From an uncultured delta proteobacterium (lineage in GTDB: Bacteria; Myxococcota; Myxococcia; Myxococcales; Anaeromyxobacteraceae), in NCBI GenBank assembly GCA_963828255.1, contig CAWHDZ010000040.1:64001-128000 (forward strand): DNA of 64,000 bases. The letters are read 5' to 3'. Each line of letters starts with the position of its first letter. Position 1 is the stretch's first letter. Positions 29,864 through 39,100 of the stretch are shown here, piece after piece. The position numbers and the translations under genes are program-made. The notes under the pieces are model-generated. The model searched no databases. It was not told the origin of the DNA and saw only the letters and a program-made list of their open reading frames with translations.

Positions 29864-31564
29864 ATGACACGACTCGCCGCGCTCCGCGTTCCGCTCATCG
29901 CCGTCGCGCTCCTCGCCGCTACTACCGCAGTCGCCCAGCAGAAGAAGCCCAACATCGTCTTCATCATGGGAGACGACATCGGTTGGATGCAGCCGAGCAT
30001 CTACCACCGCGGCTTGATGGTGGGAGAGACGCCGAACATCGACCGCATCGGTCAGGACGGCGCCCTGTTCACGACCTACTACGCCGAGCAGAGTTGCACG
30101 GCTGGGCGCAACGCCTTCTTCACCGGCATGCATCCGCTGCGTACCGGCATGATCCCGCCGCAACTGCCGGGCAGCCCGTCCTGGCTGCGCCCGGGCACGC
30201 CGGCTCTCGCCAAGTTCCTGTTCGACCTGGGCTACACCACCGGCGAGTTCGGCAAGAACCACCTCGGCGACCACTTCGAGGCGCTGCCGACCTCGCACGG
30301 GTTCCAGGAATTCTGGGGCTACCTGTACCACCTGGACGCGATGCAGGGCGTGAGCTTCGTCGACATCAACAAGACCCCGCTGGTGCAGGGCGTCGCGCCG
30401 CCCTGCAAGAACACGCCGATCACCGGTTTGCCCGAGGTGCCGGGCGCCATCGACCCGCGGAAGGGGACGTGTCTGACCCCCCCGCGTCCGGTCATGTGGT
30501 GCAAGTCCAGCGACGGGACCCAGAAGAACACGACCTGCAAGGACGAGGGCCCGCTGACGCTGGATCGATCGAGGACCGTCGACGAGGAGATCTCGGCCAA
30601 GGTCATCGACTTCCTCGACCGCAACGATCCGAAGAAGACGGGGAAGCCATTCTTCGTCTGGTACAACCCGGCCCGCATGCACATCACGACCATGCTGTCC
30701 CCGAAGTACGAGGCCATGGTGGGTGAACCCGGCGGCAAGGACTGGGGCACGAACGAAGCCGGGATGAAGCAGATGGACGACAACATCGGCTACGTCATCA
30801 AGAAGCTCGAGGACATGGGCCAGCTCGACAACACCATCATCGTCTTCACCACCGACAACGGCGCGGAGACGATCACGTTTCCGGACGGTGGCACCACCCC
30901 GTTCAAGGGCGGCAAGCTGACCACGTGGGAAGGCGGCATGCGCGCGCCGCTGCTCGTGCGCTGGCCGGGCGTGATCAAGCCGGGCACGGTCAAGAACGAC
31001 ATCTTCGCGGCGCTCGACTGGCTGCCGACACTGGTCGAGATCGCGGGGGGACCGAAGGGCAATTCGCTCAACGAGCAGGTCAAAGCGGGCAAGTACCCCG
31101 GCATCGTCAAGACCATGCTCGACGGCGTGAACCAGATCGACTACCTCAGCGGCAAGTCGGAGAAGTCGGCGCGTGAGGTTTTCTTCTACTACACGGGGTC
31201 GCAGCCGTCGGCGGTGCGCTACAAGAACTGGAAGATGTACTACACGATCGTGCCGGATACCGCGACCGGCGGCCTGTTTGGAGCGCAGAGCTTTCACTGG
31301 ACCCAGCTCACCAACCTCAAGCGCGATCCCTTCGAGACGACAGTCGGGGCAGATGCGAAGTCGCTGGCGGGCTACGCCGGCGCCCTGGGATCTCCCGGCA
31401 ACGCCTACATCTACAACTGGAACATGCTGCCCATCGGGCAGTTGCTCTGGGAGAAGGAGTTGATGACGTACAGGGAGTTCCCGGCCATGCAGGCGCCGGA
31501 GACCTACAACCTGGACGGCATCCTCAAGGCCATGCAGCAGGGCGGCCGCCATGGACACGACTGA
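29864..31564 (+). CDS. Exported arylsulfatase (Cys/formylglycine type)
   Basis: Signal peptide; KPNIVFIMGDD, SCTAGR, FGKNHLGD, TTDNG, WEGG. Confidence 0.93.
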   Translation: MTRLAALRVPLIAVALLAATTAVAQQKKPNIVFIMGDDIGWMQPSIYHRGLMVGETPNIDRIGQDGALFTTYYAEQSCTAGRNAFFTGMHPLRTGMIPPQLPGSPSWLRPGTPALAKFLFDLGYTTGEFGKNHLGDHFEALPTSHGFQEFWGYLYHLDAMQGVSFVDINKTPLVQGVAPPCKNTPITGLPEVPGAIDPRKGTCLTPPRPVMWCKSSDGTQKNTTCKDEGPLTLDRSRTVDEEISAKVIDFLDRNDPKKTGKPFFVWYNPARMHITTMLSPKYEAMVGEPGGKDWGTNEAGMKQMDDNIGYVIKKLEDMGQLDNTIIVFTTDNGAETITFPDGGTTPFKGGKLTTWEGGMRAPLLVRWPGVIKPGTVKNDIFAALDWLPTLVEIAGGPKGNSLNEQVKAGKYPGIVKTMLDGVNQIDYLSGKSEKSAREVFFYYTGSQPSAVRYKNWKMYYTIVPDTATGGLFGAQSFHWTQLTNLKRDPFETTVGADAKSLAGYAGALGSPGNAYIYNWNMLPIGQLLWEKELMTYREFPAMQAPETYNLDGILKAMQQGGRHGHD

Positions 31565-31648
31565 GTCCGAAGGCTGACGCCTTGTTTCAACTGCGCGGGC
31601 GGCCCGAAACGGTCGCCCGTTGCATTTCTGGCCACCAAGGGGAGATTC

Positions 31649-32716
31649 ATGATGCGGAATTCATTGATTGCAAGACTGGGTCAGGCGCTCGTTCTGCACC
31701 TTTCGCCGGCGGCCCGTATTCTCGTCGTGGGTGTTCTCCTCGCTCTCGGCGCCAGCGCCCAGGCCCAGGTCGATCCGCTTCCTTCCTGGAATGACGGGCC
31801 CGCCAAGCAGGCCATCATCGACTTCGTGAAGGCGACGACCGACGCGGCCAGCCCAGTGTTCGTGCCGGCGGCCGACCGCATCGCCACCTTCGACCAGGAC
31901 GGGACCCTCTGGGTCTCGCACCCGGTGTACGCCCAGCTCGTCTACTGCCTGGACCGCGTACCGGTGCTGGTCAAGGCGAGGCCGGAGCTGGCCAAGGTGG
32001 AGCCCTTCAAGACCGTGATGTCGGGCAACCGGGAGGCGATCGCCAAGCTCTCCATGAAGGACCTCGAGAAGATCGCGGTGGCGACGCTCACCGGCATGTC
32101 GGTCGAATCCTTCCAGGCCGACGTGAAGAAGTGGATCGCCGAGGCGCGCGACCCGCGCTGGAAGCGCCCCTACACCGAGCTCACCTACCTGCCCATGCAG
32201 GAGCTGCTCCGGTACCTGCGGACGAACGGCTACAAGACGTTCATCGTCACCGGCGGAGGGCAGGACTTCGTTCGGGTCTACTCGCAGGAGGTCTACGGCA
32301 TCCCGCCCGAGCAGGTCGTGGGGACGGCCCTGGGCACGAAGTACGGCTACGACAAGGACGGCAAGCCCTTCCTGACCAAGGAGCCGAAGCTGCTCCTCAA
32401 CGACAACGACGCCGGGAAGCCCGAGGGAATCCACCTCATGATCGGCCGCCGCCCGCACGCGGCGTTCGGCAACTCCCCCGGTGACCGGCAGATGCTGGAG
32501 TACACCAAGGCCGGCGAGGGGGCGCGCCTCTCCATGCTCGTCCTGCATGACGACGGGAAGCGGGAGTACGCCTACGGCCCGGCCCAGGGGCTCCCCGACA
32601 CCAAGGTCGGCACGTTCCCGCAGGCGCTGTACGACCAGGCCCGGAAGCAGGGCTGGGTCGTCATCAGCATGAAGGACGACTGGAAGAAGATCTTCGCGTT
32701 CGACCAGGGAGAGTGA
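31649..32716 (+). CDS. Exported HAD-family phosphatase
   Basis: DPLPSWNDG, FDQDGTLW, VTGGG, FGNSPGD. Confidence 0.9.
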   Translation: MMRNSLIARLGQALVLHLSPAARILVVGVLLALGASAQAQVDPLPSWNDGPAKQAIIDFVKATTDAASPVFVPAADRIATFDQDGTLWVSHPVYAQLVYCLDRVPVLVKARPELAKVEPFKTVMSGNREAIAKLSMKDLEKIAVATLTGMSVESFQADVKKWIAEARDPRWKRPYTELTYLPMQELLRYLRTNGYKTFIVTGGGQDFVRVYSQEVYGIPPEQVVGTALGTKYGYDKDGKPFLTKEPKLLLNDNDAGKPEGIHLMIGRRPHAAFGNSPGDRQMLEYTKAGEGARLSMLVLHDDGKREYAYGPAQGLPDTKVGTFPQALYDQARKQGWVVISMKDDWKKIFAFDQGE

Positions 32717-32719
32717 CAA

Positions 32720-34309
32720 GTGACGATTCGCACCCAGGTGTTCGTTGCACTCGCAGCCGCTGCCCTCCTCGGGCCGGCACTCGCCGTGGCCCAGCAGAGG
32801 AAGCCCAACATCCTCGTCATCTTTGGCGATGACGTCGGCTACTGGAACGTCAGCAAGTACAACCGCGGGATGATGGGGTACCGAACCCCGCAGATCGACC
32901 GCATCGCCACGGAGGGGGCGGTCTTCACCGACGCTTACGGCCAGCAGAGCTGCACGGCGGGGCGCGCGGCCTTCATCACAGGCCAGTCGCCGATCCGGAC
33001 AGGCCTCCTCAAGGTGGGGCTCCCCGGCGCGCCCGAGGGGCTCTCGGCCAAGGATCCCACCATCGCCGAGTTGCTCAAGGGACAGGGCTACGTCACCGGC
33101 CAGTTCGGGAAGAACCACCTCGGTGACCGGAACGAGTTCTTCCCCACCGTTCACGGCTTCGACGAGTTCCTCGGGAACCTCTACCACCTGAACGCGGAGG
33201 AGGAGCCGGAGAACCCGGACTACCCGAGGAACCCAGCGTTCAAGGCGAAGTTCGGGCCGCGCGGCGTCTTCCACTGCTGGGCCACGGACAAGGTGAGCAC
33301 GCTGCCGGCAGACGCGCGCTTCGGCGCCTGGGGCAAGCAGCGATGCGAGGACACCGGGCCGCTCACCGCGAAGCGGATGGAGACCATCGACGAGGAGATC
33401 GTCGCCGCGACGCTCAAGTTCATCGACGAGAAGCAGGCCAGCGGGAAGCCCTGGTTCGTCTGGTTCAACACCACCCGGATGCACATCTGGACGCATCTCA
33501 AGAAGGACCAGGAGGGCAAGACCGGCCTCGGCCCGTACCCGGACGGCATGGTGGAGCACGACGGCCACGTGGGGCAGCTGCTCAGGAAGCTCGACGACCT
33601 CGGCGTCACGAAGGACACGATCGTCATCTACACCTCGGACAACGGCGCCGAGGTGATGAGCTGGCCGGACGGAGGAACGACGCCATTCCGGGGCGAGAAG
33701 AACACCAACTGGGAGGGCGGCTACCGTGTGCCGCTCCTGGTGAGGTGGCCGGGCGTCATCAAGCCGGGGACCGAGGTGAACGAGATCACGTCCCATGAGG
33801 ACTGGCTGCCCACGCTCCTCGCCGCCGCGGGTCAGCCGGGGGTGAAAGAGGCCCTTCTGAAGGGGGCCACCGTCTCCGGCAACGCCTACAAGGTCCATCT
33901 CGACGGGTACGACCTGGCGCCCGCGCTGAAGGGCGAGACGCAGGAGTGGCCGCGCAAGGAGTTCCTCTACTGGACCGACGATGGCGAGGCCTGCGGGCTG
34001 CGATACGCCCAGTGGAAGATGGTCTTCATGGAGCAGCGGGCCCACGGCTTCGACGTCTGGCAGGACCCCATGGTCGTCCTCCGTGTTCCCAAGCTCTTCA
34101 ACCTGCGCTCCGACCCGTTCGAGCGAGCCGACCGGGAGGGCATGGGGTACGGCCGGTGGCGCATCGACCGGATCTTCCTGCTCCCGCCGGCCATCGGCTA
34201 CGTGGCCGGGTGGCTCCAGAGCTTCCAGGAGTTCCCGCCGCGCCAGAGGCCGGGCACGTTCAACCTGAACCAGGTGATGGAGAAGCTCACCGCAAACAAG
34301 GCGGACTAA
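32720..34309 (+). CDS. Exported arylsulfatase (Cys/formylglycine type)
   Basis: KPNILVIFGDD, SCTAGR, FGKNHLGD, TSDNG, KNTNWEGG. Confidence 0.93.
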   Translation: MTIRTQVFVALAAAALLGPALAVAQQRKPNILVIFGDDVGYWNVSKYNRGMMGYRTPQIDRIATEGAVFTDAYGQQSCTAGRAAFITGQSPIRTGLLKVGLPGAPEGLSAKDPTIAELLKGQGYVTGQFGKNHLGDRNEFFPTVHGFDEFLGNLYHLNAEEEPENPDYPRNPAFKAKFGPRGVFHCWATDKVSTLPADARFGAWGKQRCEDTGPLTAKRMETIDEEIVAATLKFIDEKQASGKPWFVWFNTTRMHIWTHLKKDQEGKTGLGPYPDGMVEHDGHVGQLLRKLDDLGVTKDTIVIYTSDNGAEVMSWPDGGTTPFRGEKNTNWEGGYRVPLLVRWPGVIKPGTEVNEITSHEDWLPTLLAAAGQPGVKEALLKGATVSGNAYKVHLDGYDLAPALKGETQEWPRKEFLYWTDDGEACGLRYAQWKMVFMEQRAHGFDVWQDPMVVLRVPKLFNLRSDPFERADREGMGYGRWRIDRIFLLPPAIGYVAGWLQSFQEFPPRQRPGTFNLNQVMEKLTANKAD

Positions 34310-34334
34310 AGCCAGCCCGCCGCTCGGTTCCAGG

Positions 34335-35188
34335 ATGGACGACACCATGCGTATTCCAGCGTCGAGATGGAGAGTCGTTACCGCATTCCTTGCCGTATCG
34401 CTCGCCCTGGTCGCCCCTGCCGCTGCCGAGGAGGCGGCGGATGGTGCGAAGAAGGAGGTCGACACCGAGGCGCTCGCTCGAGCGGCGCAGAACCCCGTCG
34501 CCGACATGATCAGCATCCCGTTCCAGGACGACATCGGCTTCGGCTACGGGCCGGGGAACAAGGGCACCCAGAACGTCCTCAACATCCAGCCGGTCATCCC
34601 CCTGCACGTCACCGAGGACTGGAACGTCATCACCCGGACAATCCTGCCCATCGTCAGCCAGCCGAGCTTCACCGGCGGAGCGGGGACCACCGGGCTCGGC
34701 GACCTGACGGTCACGGCCTTCCTCTCACCGGCAAAGCCAGGGGGCGTCATCTGGGGCGTGGGGCCCGTGGCATCGTTCCCCACCGCCACGTCGCCGTTCA
34801 CCGGATCGCAGTCCACCTGGGGACTCGGCCCGTCAGCGGTCGCGCTGGCCATGCCCGGGCACTGGGTGCTCGGCGTTCTGGTGAACCAGATCTGGTCGGT
34901 GGCGGGGCGAGCGCGAGCCAGATGCTCATCCAGTACTTCGTGAACTACAACTTCGAGGGAGGCTGGTACCTGACCACTTCGCCCATCCTGACCGCCGACT
35001 GGAACGCGGCGGCGGGCCAGCAGTGGGTGGTCCCGTTCGGTGCCGGAGGCGGCAAGATCTTCCGGATCGGCAAGCTGCCCTTCAACGGCAACGTCTCCGC
35101 CTACTACAACGCTGTTCGACCGGACGTCGGACCGGAGTGGACGCTCCGCGTGCAGCTCGCCCTGCTTCTCCCCACTTCCATCTTCTAG
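34335..35188 (+). pseudogene. Outer-membrane beta-barrel (family often mislabelled 'neuromedin U'), frameshifted
   Basis: LARAAQNPVADMISIPFQ, LNIQPVIP, GLGD; continues in another frame (SQMLIQYFVNYNF...) after the G run near 34903-34907. Confidence 0.75.
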
Positions 35189-35250
35189 CCCACGGAGGCC
35201 GATGCCTCCCTCGGCGCCAGACCCTCAGCTTTGAATCGAGCCCGCGGCTT

Positions 35251-36001
35251 GATGCCCTGCAGAAGGGATATCCAGCGTCTCCTGACCCTGGTCGGCTTTC
35301 TGATGGCCGCGCACGGCGGCCAGGCTAGCGCCCAGGAAGCATCGTTCTTCGGGTCCAACCAGGGATTCGAGGTCCAGCCAGAGGTCGATGTCTACTGGCA
35401 CGCGGCGGAGGACGCCCGACTCCTCCTCCAGGTCCAGGGAACGTCCATCCCGAGCCAGGACTACGGCAGCATCGCAGTCGGTGCGTATGGCGACTGGATG
35501 CTCGCCCCCTTCTTCCGGAACCTCGTCAGCCCGGACCAGGCGCTGACCCGTGCGCTGAACCTCCGGCTCGGCGTTCGCTACGTGGGTACGCTCGACCCCG
35601 GAACCATCGGGTCCTCCCAGCGCCTGGCGATCCAGTTCGACGTCACTCCGCGGTACTTCCTGCCCTGGTCCATCCTCCTGTCCAACCGGAACCGCCTCCA
35701 GGCCCAGTGGCAACTGGGGGAGGCCGACTCCTTCACCTTCCGCTACCGCGGCCGGTTCCAGGTGCAGCGCGAGTTCGACGTGGGCAACGTAGGCCTGACA
35801 CCCTTCGTGAACGTCGAGTGGATCTGGCAGGCGCCGCCAGCGATGTGGGTTCAGTTCCGGATGCAGACAGGGCTGCAGGCCAGCGTGCACTGGTTCGGGC
35901 GCGGGCAGACCATCGAGGTGAACTACTCGACGGTGACGTACCTCCAGCCGTCGCGAAGCTGGCGCCCGGTGCTCGGGGTCATCTGGTATCAGTATTTCTA
36001 G
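35251..36001 (+). CDS. Outer-membrane beta-barrel protein (DUF2490-like)
   Basis: Signal peptide, alternating beta strands, SNRNRL..FRYRGR, terminal YQYF. Confidence 0.65.
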
Positions 36002-36047
36002 GCAGCCCTTGTCCCCCAAGGCTGCGGGCCTTTGCCCGAGGAGAACG

Positions 36048-36482
36048 ATGATGAGGATGAAGCGGGCCCTCGCGGGGGCCGTTGGGATACTTGTCGGTTC
36101 TGTGATGGCCGCTGGGCCGGTCTCGAGGGCCACGGCAGAAGAAACGCCGACCGCGGGGACGAAGTCCGTTCCCGCATTCGAGAAGCTCCGGGGTCGCTGG
36201 CTGAGGGACACCGGTGGCTACATCATCGAGATCCGGAAGGTGGGGCCGGGCGGGAAGCTGGATGCCGCTTACTTCAATCCCAAGTCGATCCACGTGGGCA
36301 GGGCCGAGGCGGTCCAGCAGGGCGGGGCGGTCAAGGTCTCCGTCGAGCTTCGCGACGTGAACTACCCGGGTTCGACGTACACCCTCACCTACGATGCGAA
36401 GAACGATCGGCTGGTGGGACGTTACTTCCAGGCAGTCACCGGAGAGACCTTCGACGTGTATTTCGTGAGGCTGAAGAGTTAA
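36048..36482 (+). CDS. Exported hypothetical protein
   Basis: SD GAGGAG; signal peptide; GRWLRDTGGY...AAYFNP...YPGSTY. Confidence 0.7.
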   Translation: MMRMKRALAGAVGILVGSVMAAGPVSRATAEETPTAGTKSVPAFEKLRGRWLRDTGGYIIEIRKVGPGGKLDAAYFNPKSIHVGRAEAVQQGGAVKVSVELRDVNYPGSTYTLTYDAKNDRLVGRYFQAVTGETFDVYFVRLKS

Positions 36483-36545
36483 CGGGCGCTTCGACTGGAG
36501 CCGCGCAAGGCCGGTAGTGGGCACCTGACACCCCCCAGGCCCGGA

Positions 36546-36579
36546 TTGCACTCCAGGACCCTTCCGGTTATACCGGAAG
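36546..36579 (+). promoter_or_regulatory. TA promoter with palindromic operator
   Basis: TTGCAC-N17-TATACC; CTTCCGGT-TAT-ACCGGAAG (36561-36579) centred on the -10; ATG 6 nt after the -10. Confidence 0.7.
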
Positions 36580-36580
36580 T

Positions 36581-36817
36581 ATGAAGACGGCCATCTCCCT
36601 CCCGGACGCGGTCTTCCGCGACGCCGAGCGGCTCGCGAGGCGCCTCAAGAAGTCTCGCAGCAACCTCTACACCGAAGCCGTGGCGGAGTACGTCGCCCGG
36701 CACGAGCCAGAGGCCGTCACCGAGGCGCTGAACCAGCTGGCGAAGAAGCTCGATGCCGGGCCAGACGAGTTCGCCTCTGCCGCAGCGCGGCGCGTGCTGG
36801 AGCGCTCCGAGTGGTGA
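36581..36817 (+). CDS. RHH antitoxin (ChpI/MazE-like)
   Basis: MKTAISLPDAVF..AERLARRLKKSRSNLY; overlaps the toxin start. Confidence 0.88.
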   Translation: MKTAISLPDAVFRDAERLARRLKKSRSNLYTEAVAEYVARHEPEAVTEALNQLAKKLDAGPDEFASAAARRVLERSEW

Positions 36818-37155
36818 TCGCTCAGGGGGACGTCTGCTGGGCGGACCTCCCCGACCCCGTGGGCTCGGGGCCTGGCTTCCGGCGGCCCGTCCTGGTCGTC
36901 CAGGGCGATGCGTTCAACCGAAGCAGGGTGGCCACGGTCGTCTGCGTGCCGTTGACCAGCAACCTCAAGTGGGCAGAGGCGCCAGGCAACGTGGAGCTGC
37001 CGGCGAAGAGCACCGGCCTATCGAAGGACTCCGTCGCGAACGTCTCACAGATCGTGTCCCTCGACCGGATCGTCCTCACCGAGCGGGTGGGCCGGGTCTC
37101 GAAGAAGCAGCTCGAGCTGGTCTTCGCCGGGCTGGACCTCGTCCTGGGAAGGTGA
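36811..37155 (+). CDS. mazF: PemK/MazF family endoribonuclease toxin
   Basis: QGDVCWADL.DPVGS.PGFRRPVLVVQ, VPLTSN, DSVANVSQI. Confidence 0.92.
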   Translation: MVIAQGDVCWADLPDPVGSGPGFRRPVLVVQGDAFNRSRVATVVCVPLTSNLKWAEAPGNVELPAKSTGLSKDSVANVSQIVSLDRIVLTERVGRVSKKQLELVFAGLDLVLGR

Positions 37156-37159
37156 GGCG

Positions 37160-37185
37160 GCACAAGAGTCCAAGGGGAGCTTCAC
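37160..37185 (-). pseudogene. Stub of DUF5615 PIN toxin
   Basis: VKLPLDSC corresponds to VKLLLDSC of the intact copy at 43139; homology ends next to the mazF stop. Confidence 0.7.
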
Positions 37186-37433
37186 GTCCCGGACGGAACG
37201 AGGATGGGCTCGATGCGCTCGTGGCCGACGACCCGGTAGGCGTAGGCGAGGCAGGCGAGGACGTCCTCGCGCTCCATCCACGGGTAGCCGGACACGACCG
37301 TCTCGATGGTGTCGCCTGCGGCGAGCATGCCGAGGACGTGCTCGACCGCGAGCCGATGGCCGCGGATGATCGGCTTCCCGCCGAAGATCTGCGGGTCGTA
37401 CGTGATGCGCTCGAGCAGGGCCTTCTCGTCCAC
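37182..37433 (-). CDS. DUF433 antitoxin (copy 1)
   Basis: RITYDPQIFGGKPIIRGHRLAVEHVLGMLAAG...YPWMEREDVLACLAYA. Confidence 0.92.
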   Translation of the reverse strand: MDEKALLERITYDPQIFGGKPIIRGHRLAVEHVLGMLAAGDTIETVVSGYPWMEREDVLACLAYAYRVVGHERIEPILVPSGT

Positions 37434-37520
37434 GGTGGACCTCGACCGAGAGCATATCCCGGCCTGGCGAGCAGAGCAGGGGGCTCGCCGTGCCTGCCGC
37501 TGGCGGCGTAGGCTATCCGG

Positions 37521-37766
37521 ATGGCGCCCCACGAAGACGCGATCCCAGTCTCGAGCCAATGCGAACTCTGCAGCGAGAAGAACTTCGATACCCACTGGAT
37601 CGACGTCGGGCCAGAAGGGGAGGGCATCTCCTGCGTCACCGTGGACGTGACGCTTCGGCTCTTCCCGGCACACCGGGCGCGCCTCCTCCAGGCACTGGGA
37701 CGGGCGGATTCCGAGAGGGTCGAGCCAAACCGCGAGATGAAGGCCTGGGGCCCCCCGGGTTCCTGA
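37521..37766 (+). CDS. Small hypothetical protein with CxxC
   Basis: MAPHEDAIPVSSQCELCSEKN; homologous start MAPNEDAASFTSHCELCREK at 43474. Confidence 0.4.
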   Translation: MAPHEDAIPVSSQCELCSEKNFDTHWIDVGPEGEGISCVTVDVTLRLFPAHRARLLQALGRADSERVEPNREMKAWGPPGS

Positions 37767-37804
37767 CTCGTAACGAAGCGCAGACGGTGACGCACCAGGG
37801 TCCG

Positions 37805-38233
37805 TTAGCCGCCTCGCCTCCTCAGCTCGACGAGGAAGTCGCCGGGACGGAGAATCCGGACCCCCGCGACCTCGGCGAGATCGAGAAGATCGCGGTCCAG
37901 GCTGACGACCCACTCCGCCTGCCCCCCGATCGCGGCCGCCAGGACCATGTCATCCGCAGGGTCGCGGGCCACGAGTCCCTTGGCCTCACCGGCCAGGACT
38001 CGATCCGCCACGGCGACGACCGTCGATACGAAGGCCTGTCGATTCACCTTGGCGGAGTAGCGAACGACCTGCGGGTACTCGACCGCCCGCCGGTACTCCT
38101 CCTCGAGCGCGTCGGTGACGACCAACCGAACGGCGCCGGCGGCGGCCGCCGCCAGGATGATGCGCGACGCCGAGGCGGGGTTCGGGGTCACGAGCGCCGC
38201 CACCAGGACCGACGAGTCGAGGACCGTCCTCAC
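37805..38233 (-). CDS. PIN-domain toxin (TIGR00305-like)
   Basis: RTVLDSSVLVAAL, LEEEY, RDPADDMVL..A, VSLDRDLL. Confidence 0.9.
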   Translation of the reverse strand: MRTVLDSSVLVAALVTPNPASASRIILAAAAAGAVRLVVTDALEEEYRRAVEYPQVVRYSAKVNRQAFVSTVVAVADRVLAGEAKGLVARDPADDMVLAAAIGGQAEWVVSLDRDLLDLAEVAGVRILRPGDFLVELRRRGG

Positions 38234-38493
38234 CTCGCCCGGCTCCGGGCCATCCGGGCCACGGCCTCACCCACGCGCTCCGCGTCGGCGTCGTCGGGGC
38301 TCCGGCCAGGGGGCAGCCTGTCGAGCATGGCCCGCAGGTCCTCCCGGGCCCGCGCCGCGATGACCGCCCGGGCCTTCTCCTCGGCTGCCTGCCGGAGGAA
38401 CTCGGATGGGCGCTTGCTCTCCAGGCGGGCGGCCTTGCGCACGAGGTCGCGCAGCGCCTTGGTGGTCCGGTAGGTCTCGACGGTCTTGGGCAT
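38230..38493 (-). CDS. RHH antitoxin (DUF1778-like)
   Basis: YRTTKALRDLVRKAARLESKRPSEFLRQAAEEKARAVI; GTGA overlap with the PIN gene. Confidence 0.75.
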   Translation of the reverse strand: MPKTVETYRTTKALRDLVRKAARLESKRPSEFLRQAAEEKARAVIAARAREDLRAMLDRLPPGRSPDDADAERVGEAVARMARSRAR

Positions 38494-38733
38494 GGAGGGC
38501 TCCGTGTTACGTTTGTCCCTATCCTAGCATGGAGAGCCGACGGAGGGCGTCCGCGGAGCTCTCGACCGACCTTCGGGTAGATTACCCGTCGAAACCGGGA
38601 CCGAAACGCGACCAGAATCACGTTCGATCCGGTCCTCCGGTGTCGACTCGCGTCGACTCGCCGGATGCCGCAACGCCCCAGCCACACTGAGAAATCACAA
38701 CAACGACGCCCGTCTGCCCGTTGCCCTTTTCGA

Positions 38734-38781
38734 GGGCTCATAACCCGAAGGTCCCAGGTTCAAATCCTGGCCCCGCAACCA
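38734..38781 (+). repeat. att site: 48-bp copy of tRNA-fMet 3' part
   Basis: Identical to 25112-25159 (GGGCTCATAACC...GCAACCA). Confidence 0.95.
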
Positions 38782-38787
38782 ATGAGG

Positions 38788-38821
38788 ACGCCCACTTAGC
38801 TCGCTGCTAGGTGGGCGTTTT
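38788..38821 (+). terminator. Intrinsic terminator after att copy
   Basis: ACGCCCACTTAGC-TCGCT-GCTAGGTGGGCGT-TTT. Confidence 0.7.
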
Positions 38822-39100
38822 GCACTTCAGGGGCCTTTCGCGGGGCCATTCATCCTCACTCACCGAGCGTGCGAACTCGAAGTGGCGCGACCTACGGCAA
38901 GCAGACGTCCAGGAAAGTAGGCGCGAAGTACAACGGTCTTCGACGCTTGGCGATGAGCGCTGTGCGAGGTCGTGGCGGCCCACCACCAGAAGGCCACGCG
39001 TCGATCCATGCTCACCGCTGTCGCGGCGCCTACTCCCTGGACCGGTGGCCAGGGGCGATCCTACCGCCGCGGAAACACCATGCTGTTCCGCGGGAATCCC

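Noticed and set aside
34903..34907. Phase variation at the barrel gene frameshift
   Set aside because: The G run is only 4 nt; a consensus error or point decay is more likely, as with other indels in this window
37768..37811. attC-like GGCTAAC...GTTACGA after the PIN gene, suggesting integron cassettes
   Set aside because: Too short, no paired L boxes, and the integrase is not recognisably IntI-like
25160..38781. Prophage or full ICE
   Set aside because: No structural, packaging, lysis, T4SS or coupling-protein genes
38940..38985. Possible HDLRH integrase remnant on the minus strand
   Set aside because: Needs a frameshift and has no supporting flanking motifs
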